DNA of 32,000 bases. It comes from Microcystis aeruginosa NIES-2549 (GTDB taxonomy: Bacteria > Cyanobacteriota > Cyanobacteriia > Cyanobacteriales > Microcystaceae). How positions within the stretch are numbered: position 1 is the first letter of the stretch; every line of letters begins with the position of its first letter. Below are positions 25,004-32,000 of this stretch, one piece after another. Position numbers and translations under genes: made by a program. Below the pieces are notes generated by a model. It was not told the DNA's origin. It saw only the letters and a program-made list of their open reading frames with translations, and did not search any database. The stretch spans positions 1,200,001-1,232,000 of the forward strand of contig NZ_CP011304.1 of the NCBI RefSeq assembly GCF_000981785.2. Direction: 5' to 3'.

Positions 25004-26221
25004 ATGATTCATCAACCCCCGGCGGGGACAAGGGATTTATTACCCCTAGAAGTTACCCAAAAAGGCTGGATTAACGATCGCCTTCAGTCTGTCTTTCAGC
25101 GTTGGGGCTATCAAAGGATCGTCACCTCCACCATTGAATGGCTCGATACCCTCACCGCAGGCGGTACGATCGATCCCAGCACCGTGATCCAACTGCACGG
25201 GGATAGTCAAGGACTATCGGGATTACGCCCTGAATTAACCGCTTCCATTGCGCGTAGTGCCGTCACCCGCATGAGTGGGGAGTCCTATCCCCAACGTCTC
25301 TGTTATCGGGCCAACGTTTTTCGTCGCCCTAGCGCCAGTTATCATGGTCGTCAAGTGGAATTCTATCAAGCGGGGGTAGAACTGCTCTTTTCTGGCGGTT
25401 TACTAGCTGATGCCGAGATTTTACTGCTCCTGGCCGACTGTTTCGATAGTTTGGCCGTCCCTAACTGGCAGATTATTTTAGGAGAAGCGGGTTTGACTCG
25501 TTCGCTACTTTCTCCTTTTCCGGATCCCTTACGCGAACAGGTGAAACGCTGTTTAGCCCTCCTCGACTACGTTAGCCTCGAAAATCTTCCCTATCCCAAT
25601 GAAACCCTCCGGCAGCAAGCCCGACAATTATTTCACCTGCGCGGTAATCCTGAGGATGTCCTCGCACGAGTGGCAGTATTAGCCCAGGAAGAATCAGCCC
25701 AAAAAGCCGTTAATAACCTTAAATCCCTAGTAGAGCTGCTTAATGCCGATCGCTCTGAACCCTTCCCCCTAATTCTCGATTTAAGTCTGATTCAAACCTT
25801 TGATTACTACACCGGCATCGTTTTTAAGGCGGTTAGTGATCACCAGCAAAATCTCAGTATTTTAGGCCAGGGCGGACGCTATGATCAATTATTGGGCGTT
25901 TTTCATCCCCAGGGTCAATCGGCTCCGGGTATCGGTTTTTCCCTGAATATCGAAGAACTGCACGAAAGTTTATTATCGGGGCAGACTTTACCCAGTCAAG
26001 CTCCCCCCCTCGACTGGTTACTTATCCCTTTGGGTAATAACGCCCAGATAGCGACTTTTAGTAAAGCTCGCTCCCTTCGCAATGCTGATCCGAATCTGAG
26101 GGTGGCGATCGATTTAGGGGGTCGCAGCGAGGCACAAATTCGTACCTATGCCCGCGATCGAATGATTAAAAATCTCGCCTGGGTGCAGGAAGATGGTTCC
26201 GTGATCGAAGAATCTCTCTAA
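25004..26221 (+). CDS. hisZ: ATP phosphoribosyltransferase regulatory subunit
   Basis: 405-aa HisRS paralogue with a PAGTRDLLP opening, the class II motif-2-like CYRANVFR, and GGRYDQL. It lacks an anticodon-binding domain of HisS length. Confidence 0.85.
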   Translation: MIHQPPAGTRDLLPLEVTQKGWINDRLQSVFQRWGYQRIVTSTIEWLDTLTAGGTIDPSTVIQLHGDSQGLSGLRPELTASIARSAVTRMSGESYPQRLCYRANVFRRPSASYHGRQVEFYQAGVELLFSGGLLADAEILLLLADCFDSLAVPNWQIILGEAGLTRSLLSPFPDPLREQVKRCLALLDYVSLENLPYPNETLRQQARQLFHLRGNPEDVLARVAVLAQEESAQKAVNNLKSLVELLNADRSEPFPLILDLSLIQTFDYYTGIVFKAVSDHQQNLSILGQGGRYDQLLGVFHPQGQSAPGIGFSLNIEELHESLLSGQTLPSQAPPLDWLLIPLGNNAQIATFSKARSLRNADPNLRVAIDLGGRSEAQIRTYARDRMIKNLAWVQEDGSVIEESL

Positions 26222-26225
26222 AAGG

Positions 26226-26258
26226 GGGCAAAAGCAGCGAACATACTGCTTTCTGCCC
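26226..26258 (+). terminator. Stable hairpin after hisZ; possible terminator or RNA-stability element (no T-run)
   Basis: gggcaaaagcag (26226-26237) pairs with ctgctttctgccc (26246-26258) with one bulge and an 8-nt loop. It starts 5 nt after the hisZ stop. Confidence 0.3.
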
Positions 26259-26306
26259 GCTGCTATAGGACTCCCTAATTGTGTTCAATTACTCGTCATC
26301 CCAGTC

Positions 26307-26819
26307 ATGCCTTCGATCGGTCAAGTGAAATCGATTTTTTTTATTATCCTCTTTCTCCTGAGTATTCTAGGGGGTATTCTACTGGCTTCGCTACTTCAAC
26401 AACCAGCGATCGCCCAATCTCCTGCCTCGGATATAGTGCTGAATCGTTATCAAATTGGACAGCAAACCTATCTAGAAAATTGTGCCAGCTGCCATATTGC
26501 CATTCCCCCCAGCATCCTACCGAGTCAAACTTGGAAAAAAATCCTAGAAAATCCGGATTCTCACTATGGTATCCGTTTAAAACCAATTGTTGGCATTACT
26601 CAGCGTCTTATCTGGGATTATCTCAGTTATTCTTCCCGCCCTCTTAGGGAGACTACTTTTGTTCCCCTCCTAATTGAACAGTCCAGCTATGTAAAGGTTT
26701 TGCACCCTAGGGTCAATTTACCCACTCCTCTCGGTCATACCACCTGTGTCACCTGTCATCCTAACGCTTCCCGCTACGATTATCAGACCCTTACCCCCAT
26801 CTGGGATGATGCAGCCTAA
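26307..26819 (+). CDS. Dihaem c-type cytochrome with a signal anchor
   Basis: Hydrophobic N-terminus and two CxxCH haem-binding motifs (CASCH, CVTCH). Confidence 0.7.
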   Translation: MPSIGQVKSIFFIILFLLSILGGILLASLLQQPAIAQSPASDIVLNRYQIGQQTYLENCASCHIAIPPSILPSQTWKKILENPDSHYGIRLKPIVGITQRLIWDYLSYSSRPLRETTFVPLLIEQSSYVKVLHPRVNLPTPLGHTTCVTCHPNASRYDYQTLTPIWDDAA

Positions 26820-26867
26820 TCAGTTATCAGTTATCAGTTATCAGTTATCAGTTATCAGTTTTCAGCT
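26819..26867. repeat. Tandem heptamer array (ATCAGTT) x6 perfect plus 1 degenerate copy (STRR-like)
   Basis: Units counted at 26819, 26826, 26833, 26840, 26847 and 26854, then ttcagct at 26861. The first unit overlaps the last base of the cytochrome stop codon. Confidence 0.95.
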
Positions 26868-26873
26868 TCTGAA

Positions 26874-26901
26874 GGCAAGGGGCAACAGGCAAGAGGCAAA
26901 A
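26874..26901. repeat. Degenerate tandem heptamer array (GGCAANN) x4
   Basis: ggcaagg, ggcaaca, ggcaaga, ggcaaaa in direct succession. Confidence 0.8.
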
Positions 26902-27087
26902 GACAGAATCTGACAATTCTCCTACCTAAAAAGAAGGTTAGAAACTAAGCACATCAAAGCTTTTAGCTTAACCAATTAGGTCTTAGATTCGGCCCTTGTT
27001 TTCAGATGTGAGTTTTTAGTTCACTGATTACTGATACCAAATCCCTTTTTAATAGTGTGATTAACTCTCAAGTTATGAATTGTTTCT

Positions 27088-27121
27088 CCCCACACCCCAC
27101 ACCCCACACCCCACACCCCAC
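27088..27121. repeat. Tandem heptamer array (CCCCACA) x4 perfect plus a partial copy (STRR-like)
   Basis: Units at 27088, 27095, 27102 and 27109; ccccac follows at 27116. Confidence 0.95.
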
Positions 27122-27161
27122 TATCCTATACTTTTTAAACAGGATTTAGTATGATTACTGT

Positions 27162-28025
27162 TTACTGATCACTGAGAGGGGGTGCAGTTAGGGTGATTTC
27201 GCCGATTTGACCAGCTTTACCCATTAATTGGGCAGGTTTTTCGTTAAGAGAGATTTTAACACCGCCGGCATTGCCCGATCGAATATTTAAACTCTTTTGG
27301 GCTGTCCAAGTTTGTTTGGCCCCGGGTTGGAGACTGCCTTCATAGACTTTTTTGCCATCGGCAATTACGCGTACCCAAGCGGCCTGTTCAATAGTCACTT
27401 CGGCTGAGAGGGGAACTTGTGGCGGGGGAGAAGGGGAAGGAGAGGCTACCACTGCGGGAGGGACTACCGGCGCGGGGGAAACTAGAGGGGAAGGAGAGGG
27501 AGTAACGGCAGGGGGGTTAGAGAGGGGGGGACGGAGGAAAAGATAGCCAATACCGCAAAATATGCCCGCCAGCAAGCCTAACCAGAGATACATCCCGAAA
27601 ACGCCTGATTTAGCTGGTTGGGGGCTAGTCTCTGGGGCTGGTTTTTCTGGTTCCACCCGTTCCGCTTTTGGGGCAGCGGGTTCAGCCTTGGGGATAGGGA
27701 CAACTTTTGTGGGCAGTGTTTTCGGGATAGTTACCTCTTGGGCTAATTGTTCGGCACTAGGAGACAAGCGATCGGCTAAAGCTTTACCATCAATTTTTAG
27801 GGCATCACCGTAGCGCTTGATAAATCCCTTGACATAAATTAATTCTGGTAATTTCTCCCAATTCCCCGTTTCCAACGCTTCTAGCATTGGTACTCTAATC
27901 ATCGTCAGGGCGGCGATATCGTCCATGCTCAGACAGCTTTCTTCCCGTTTTTGACGTAAATAAGTCCCGATTTCCTTGATTTGTTCGGCTTGTAGGGGAC
28001 TGAGTTGACTCATAATTCCAGTCAT
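27162..28025 (-). CDS. RodZ-like helix-turn-helix protein (HTH, TM segment, Pro-rich linker, DUF4115-like C-terminus)
   Basis: N-terminal HTH (LSMDDIAALTMIRVPMLEALETGNWEKLP...YVKGFIKRYGDAL), one TM (GMYLWLGLLAGIFCGIGYLFL), a P/S/V-rich linker, and a C-terminal beta domain (AWVRVIADGK...GNAGGVKISLN). The start is ambiguous among TTG 28037, ATG 28025 and ATG 28013. Confidence 0.8.
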   Translation of the reverse strand: MTGIMSQLSPLQAEQIKEIGTYLRQKREESCLSMDDIAALTMIRVPMLEALETGNWEKLPELIYVKGFIKRYGDALKIDGKALADRLSPSAEQLAQEVTIPKTLPTKVVPIPKAEPAAPKAERVEPEKPAPETSPQPAKSGVFGMYLWLGLLAGIFCGIGYLFLRPPLSNPPAVTPSPSPLVSPAPVVPPAVVASPSPSPPPQVPLSAEVTIEQAAWVRVIADGKKVYEGSLQPGAKQTWTAQKSLNIRSGNAGGVKISLNEKPAQLMGKAGQIGEITLTAPPLSDQ

Positions 28026-28257
28026 AATCTGTACCAACTTAGATGATAATCTCGATTTTGTTATTTTGGGATAATCTCTTCTCTAGAAGCTCCTTTTACC
28101 TTGTCATCATTACCGGCGAAAAGGTTCCAAAAACTGGCAAAAATCGGCAATACTTGCAAAAGTTAAGTTTTTTATTCTCGGTTGACTGCACTGACCAGCC
28201 AGACATACATTTGTTCTTAATGCTTGTTGTTCTCGAACTCTCAGCTTATCCCTAATT

Positions 28258-28761
28258 ATGACCTTTATTCCCCATCCCGACACCGCTCCCCTTCACCTTA
28301 GCTGTGCCGTAGTCACGGTGAGCGATACTCGTACCCCAGAGACGGATAGAAGTGGCCAAATAATTCAAGAGTTACTAACTCGATCGGGTCATGATATTGG
28401 CCTATACTTAATTATCCCCGATGAACCCTTACAAATTCAAGCAATCTTATCAGAGATTAGCAATCAAAATCGGATAAAAGTCTTAATTCTCAATGGGGGT
28501 ACTGGTATTGCTCCCAGAGACACCACTTATGATGCTTTAGTACCTTTATTAAGGATTACTTTGCCCGGTTTTGGCGAATTATTTCGTTATCTCAGTTATC
28601 AGGAAATTGGCTCCCGTGCCATGGCATCAAGGGCAATAGCTGGGGTTTATCAAAACTTATTAGTCTTTTCTCTACCTGGTTCCACTAATGCCGTTAAATT
28701 AGCCCTAGAAAAACTGATTCTTCCCGAAATCTCACATCTGGTTAAACAGATGAATGGGTAA
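28258..28761 (+). CDS. moaB: Molybdenum cofactor biosynthesis protein B (MoaB/MogA family)
   Basis: 167-aa ORF with AVVTVSDTR and the GGTGIAPRDTT signature. Confidence 0.85.
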   Translation: MTFIPHPDTAPLHLSCAVVTVSDTRTPETDRSGQIIQELLTRSGHDIGLYLIIPDEPLQIQAILSEISNQNRIKVLILNGGTGIAPRDTTYDALVPLLRITLPGFGELFRYLSYQEIGSRAMASRAIAGVYQNLLVFSLPGSTNAVKLALEKLILPEISHLVKQMNG

Positions 28762-28762
28762 T

Positions 28763-29374
28763 TTATTGGGATTTGATCTTAGCTGAAATTTCTTGAAAAC
28801 ATACATCCCAAAAATAGCTGGCCAGATTCACTGCGCTTAATAGTTTAGGAATTCCTTCACTTAGACTGGCAAAACCTCGATTTTTAATCTGGAGAAGATC
28901 GATAGTGATCGCAAAAGTTAAAAGTGCTAAAGCAATGATTAAAATTTGGTAAGAAGTTTGTCTTATGTGCCGCCAAAATACTAAACCATAAATCAGAATT
29001 GCTAGGCCATAAACAGAGATAGTCAAAAATTTGGGAATATTAAAATAGAGGAGAATGATATGAATTCTGAAGATTTCATTGATGGCAAAAAGTCCCGTTA
29101 TTATACCAGAAAAAAGTAAAAAATGGCGAGAATTACTGAAACTTGCCTCCTGGGACAATAAAGCATAACTAAAAAGGCAAACAATCGGGGGTAAACAACA
29201 AAGAAACTGAAAAGAATGGGTTAATAAACCAGCGATCGGAGTTGGGGGAGTGGCGGGAGGATAAAATAAAAGACTAGAGGGTAATTCTGCCCGATCAACC
29301 CCAGCAATCAAAGCTAAAACCAAGAGAAGAACGACAAGATTTATTTTCAGAAAATGCTGTTCTCGTGAGGACAT
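28763..29374 (-). CDS. Hypothetical multi-pass membrane protein
   Basis: 203-aa ORF with about 6 hydrophobic segments. No family recognised. Its stop codon lies 1 nt from the moaB stop (convergent). Confidence 0.5.
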   Translation of the reverse strand: MSSREQHFLKINLVVLLLVLALIAGVDRAELPSSLLFYPPATPPTPIAGLLTHSFQFLCCLPPIVCLFSYALLSQEASFSNSRHFLLFSGIITGLFAINEIFRIHIILLYFNIPKFLTISVYGLAILIYGLVFWRHIRQTSYQILIIALALLTFAITIDLLQIKNRGFASLSEGIPKLLSAVNLASYFWDVCFQEISAKIKSQ

Positions 29375-29508
29375 AAGTATAGTAGTTTATAATTGTGGCT
29401 ATTAACCACGGTATAATTCACAGAGTGCCACTTTCTACTGGCTCGATCTACATACCGAAGTGCCAAGCATTTCCCTGATTGTGTTAGGGACAATTTTCTC
29501 GGTTTTCT

Positions 29509-30174
29509 ATGCTCGATCAAAAAGAACTTTTGTGTTTATTACAATTGGCTAGTCCTATTTTACCCGTGGGGGCCTATAGTTATTCCGAAGGGCTAGAAAC
29601 CCTCGTCGAAAAGGGGATTATCTCTAATAGTGCCAGCTTAAATGATTGGTTAGAGCGATCGCTTTGTCAAGGCTCGATTCGCTTAGAAACGGCGGTTTTG
29701 CTAAGGGTATATCGTTGTTTTTGTCAAGAAGATTTTACAAAACTTAATTATTGGGATAACTGGTTATCGGCAACGCGGGAAACGGCCGAATTAAGACAAC
29801 AAAGCTGGCAAATGGGGCGATCACTGTTAAACTTATTGCGGGAGTTAGCACCAGTCCGAGATAATCTACCAGAACAGGCTAATTATGCCACCGCCTTTGC
29901 GATCGGGGCAAGTCATTGGCAAATTGGGGAAGAATTAGCGGTTTTAGGCTATTTACACAGTTGGGCAAGTAATTTAATCAATGCAGGACTGCGTTTAATT
30001 CCTCTAGGACAAACCCTAGGACAATCGCTTCTGATCGGTTTACAGCCCAGTTTATTAACAGCAACAGCAGATATTATCAGTTTAGCCGATGAAAACCTGA
30101 GTAGTTGGAGTTGGGGGCTAAGTTTTGCCAGTATGAACCACGAAACCCAGTATAGTCGTCTATTTCGCAGTTAG
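29509..30174 (+). CDS. ureF: Urease accessory protein UreF
   Basis: [22 protein letters not shown]-terminal signature and a typical length of 221 aa. Confidence 0.85.
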   Translation: MLDQKELLCLLQLASPILPVGAYSYSEGLETLVEKGIISNSASLNDWLERSLCQGSIRLETAVLLRVYRCFCQEDFTKLNYWDNWLSATRETAELRQQSWQMGRSLLNLLRELAPVRDNLPEQANYATAFAIGASHWQIGEELAVLGYLHSWASNLINAGLRLIPLGQTLGQSLLIGLQPSLLTATADIISLADENLSSWSWGLSFASMNHETQYSRLFRS

Positions 30175-30401
30175 AAGTTTAGATAGGAGAACAGATGTAT
30201 TATTATCGAATTTTTTGCTATTTTCCGGGAGAATATGCAAGTCTCTAGGAGTCTCTCTCTTAGGTTCAAGCCCAGAGAATGACGTAAAAACAAAATAAGG
30301 TATAGTAAGATAAAAAAAATCTTAGGTCCTAGTTCTCGCTTTTTGAGTAACTAAGGGTTTTAAGGAAAGGTGCGAACACTCTACCTAGCCACAGTGTACC
30401 A

Positions 30402-31352
30402 ATGTTTAGTCAATCAGAAAAAATTCCCGTTTCGGTGTTAATTCCCGCCAAAAACGAGGAATCTAACCTTCCCGCCTGTTTAGAGAGTGTTGCTAGGGCT
30501 GATGAAGTGTTTGTCGTCGATTCCCAAAGTAGCGATCGCTCGATCGAAATATCTACCAACTATGGGGCCAATGTAGTCCAATTTTATTTTAATGGTCGTT
30601 GGCCGAAAAAGAAAAACTGGTCCCTCGATAACCTGCCTTTTCGCAATGAATGGGTATTAATCGTCGATTGTGATGAGAGAATCACCCCCGAACTATGGGA
30701 CGAAATCGCCACTGTAATCCAAGATCCCAACTATAACGGTTATTATCTCAATCGTCGCGTCTTCTTCCTCGGACAATGGATCCGTTATGGTGGCAAGTAT
30801 CCCGACTGGAATCTGCGTTTATTTAAACATAAGTCGGGCAGATACGAGAATTTAAACACGGAAGATATCCCCAACACGGGAGATAACGAAGTTCATGAAC
30901 ACGTTATCCTCGATGGCAAGGTGGGCTATCTAAAAAATGATATGCTGCACATCGATTTCCGCGATATCTATCATTGGTTAGAAAGACATAATCGTTATTC
31001 CAACTGGGAAGCGCGGGTTTATTACAATATTCTCACGGGTAATGACGAAAGCGGCACGATCGGAGCGAACTTGTTCGGTGATGCGGTGCAGAGAAAACGT
31101 TTTTTAAAGAAAATTTGGGTAAAACTGCCTTTTAAACCGCTGCTGCGCTTTATTCTCTTTTATGTTATCCGTTTCGGTTTCTTGGATGGCAAAGCTGGTT
31201 ATATCTACGGTCGTCTTTTGAGTCAGTACGAATACCAAATTGGGGTTAAATTGTACGAATTACGGCAATTTGGCGGTAAATTAAACGTTAATGCCCCTGC
31301 TAATCCCCCGATTAAACCCTCGGAACCTCAACCGGTAGAAATGATTAAATAA
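30402..31352 (+). CDS. Family 2 glycosyltransferase
   Basis: VSVLIPAKNEESNLPACLESV opening, VVDSQSSD, and the DxD-like IVDCDE motif. Confidence 0.85.
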   Translation: MFSQSEKIPVSVLIPAKNEESNLPACLESVARADEVFVVDSQSSDRSIEISTNYGANVVQFYFNGRWPKKKNWSLDNLPFRNEWVLIVDCDERITPELWDEIATVIQDPNYNGYYLNRRVFFLGQWIRYGGKYPDWNLRLFKHKSGRYENLNTEDIPNTGDNEVHEHVILDGKVGYLKNDMLHIDFRDIYHWLERHNRYSNWEARVYYNILTGNDESGTIGANLFGDAVQRKRFLKKIWVKLPFKPLLRFILFYVIRFGFLDGKAGYIYGRLLSQYEYQIGVKLYELRQFGGKLNVNAPANPPIKPSEPQPVEMIK

Positions 31353-31357
31353 GTCCT

Positions 31358-31948
31358 ATGTCCCCAGAAATCCGCACCGATGAGGAAGCGTGGCTAGATC
31401 TGCGTACCTACGATCAATCTTGGTTCGATCGCGGTCGTTCTAATCCAATTATCCTACTTTGGTGGTTAGTACAGGGAATTCTTTTTCCCCTCAGTTTGCA
31501 TCAGATGGATAGCTTTCGCTGCGCTGTTTTGCGGCTATTTGGGGCTAAAATCGGCCTTGGGGTGAAAATTCGCCCGACGGTAAGGGTGACTTATCCCTGG
31601 AAAGTGGCGATCGGCGATTATACTTGGATTGGCGATGATGTGGTGATTTATAGTTTAGATAATGTTACCATCGGCAGTCATTGTGTGATTTCTCAAAAAT
31701 GCTATCTTTGCACTGGCAGTCACGATCCCGGCGATCGCTCTTTTGGTTTAAAAACCACTCCCATCCTCATCGGTAATGGTACATGGATCGCGGCCGATTG
31801 TTTTTTGGCTCCGGGGGTAAAAATTGGCTCTAATGTTGTTATTGGGGCAAGAAGCAGCGTATTTGCCGATATTCCCGCTCAAAAGGTCGCTTGGGGTAGT
31901 CCCTGTCGTCCTCAATACGATAGAAAGATGAATTCTTATAGTAGTTAA
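31358..31948 (+). CDS. WcaF-like exopolysaccharide O-acetyltransferase (left-handed beta-helix / hexapeptide repeat)
   Basis: RCAVLRLFGAKIGLGVKIRPTVRVTYPWKVAIGDYTWIGDDVVIYSL...ISQKCYLCTGSHD closely follows the WcaF pattern. It starts 5 nt after the GT2 stop. Confidence 0.8.
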   Translation: MSPEIRTDEEAWLDLRTYDQSWFDRGRSNPIILLWWLVQGILFPLSLHQMDSFRCAVLRLFGAKIGLGVKIRPTVRVTYPWKVAIGDYTWIGDDVVIYSLDNVTIGSHCVISQKCYLCTGSHDPGDRSFGLKTTPILIGNGTWIAADCFLAPGVKIGSNVVIGARSSVFADIPAQKVAWGSPCRPQYDRKMNSYSS

Positions 31949-32000
31949 GCTAAGAGGCATTTTTGGCGGTCTTCCGCTCGCTTTTGCCCCACTGTTTCCC

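Noticed and set aside
26279-26647. 122-aa ORF overlapping the dihaem cytochrome gene in another frame (and the minus-strand ORF 26344-26586)
   Set aside because: Only the 26307-26819 frame contains a signal anchor and two CxxCH motifs. The others lack any motif.
27352-27813. Gly/Glu-rich and Gly/Ser-rich plus-strand ORFs opposite the rodZ-like gene
   Set aside because: They are shadows of the Pro/Ser/Val-rich linker on the coding strand, and the minus-strand ORF has clear HTH and DUF4115-like ends.
28043-28255. 70-aa ORF filling the rodZ/moaB divergent intergenic region
   Set aside because: No SD, an odd hydrophobic composition, and it occupies what must be two promoter regions. Probably non-coding. 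I also looked for a Moco riboswitch-like structure here and found none I could recognise.
29509-30174. ureF without other ure genes, and an OppC-type permease (3730-4857) without partner ABC components, as signs of operon decay
   Set aside because: Scattered urease and ABC-transporter genes are normal in cyanobacterial genomes. Both ORFs are full length and intact.
31950-32000. Minus-strand reading frame open to the right edge (…GKQWGKSERKTAKNAS*), stop at 31950-31952
   Set aside because: Only 16 codons are visible, which is too little to call a gene or a function.

Overview
This window looks like cyanobacterial chromosome. There are at least seven HIP1 octamers GCGATCGC (8378, 12119, 19997, 26406, 29655, 30532, 31731), several STRR-like tandem heptamer arrays, and a cyanobacteria-typical gene set. 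That set includes homogentisate phytyltransferase, HisZ, a RodZ-like HTH protein, a DUF4351-type protein, a PilL-C/HmpE-like CheA hybrid and a Fed2-type ferredoxin. Composition and repeat style suggest a Microcystis-like unicellular strain, but I cannot verify that without a database search. About 29 genes are tightly packed and mostly housekeeping: uvrB, hisZ, moaB, ureF, tRNA-Ser(CGA), ferredoxin, an IMPase-family protein, UPF0182, an ABC permease and others. Exopolysaccharide genes sit at both edges (a Wza-like exporter on the left; a GT2 and a WcaF-like acetyltransferase on the right). I see no CRISPR array, transposase, integrase, prophage, rRNA or recognisable defence system. Six places deserve a second look. 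(1) A stand-alone CheA-CheW-REC-REC kinase has no Hpt domain, and its N-terminus is an array of acidic DLExLL-type motifs. (2) A compact four-gene plus-strand cluster (12696-15020) begins with a protein carrying five repeats of about 19 aa (RP[VI]xxSHL). It continues with a membrane-anchored methyltransferase and two AT-rich helical ORFs of unknown function. (3) A perfect 12-bp x 12 in-frame repeat encodes (QQGL)n in a DUF4351-type gene that starts 4 nt after the uvrB stop. (4) A TPP enzyme is intermediate between transketolase and phosphoketolase. (5) Three different heptamer arrays and a small dispersed palindrome family occupy intergenic DNA. (6) An ATGA start/stop overlap joins the tocopherol prenyltransferase gene to a secreted lyase-like protein. 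None of these is proven to be a new system. All functional calls rest on motif recognition by eye.
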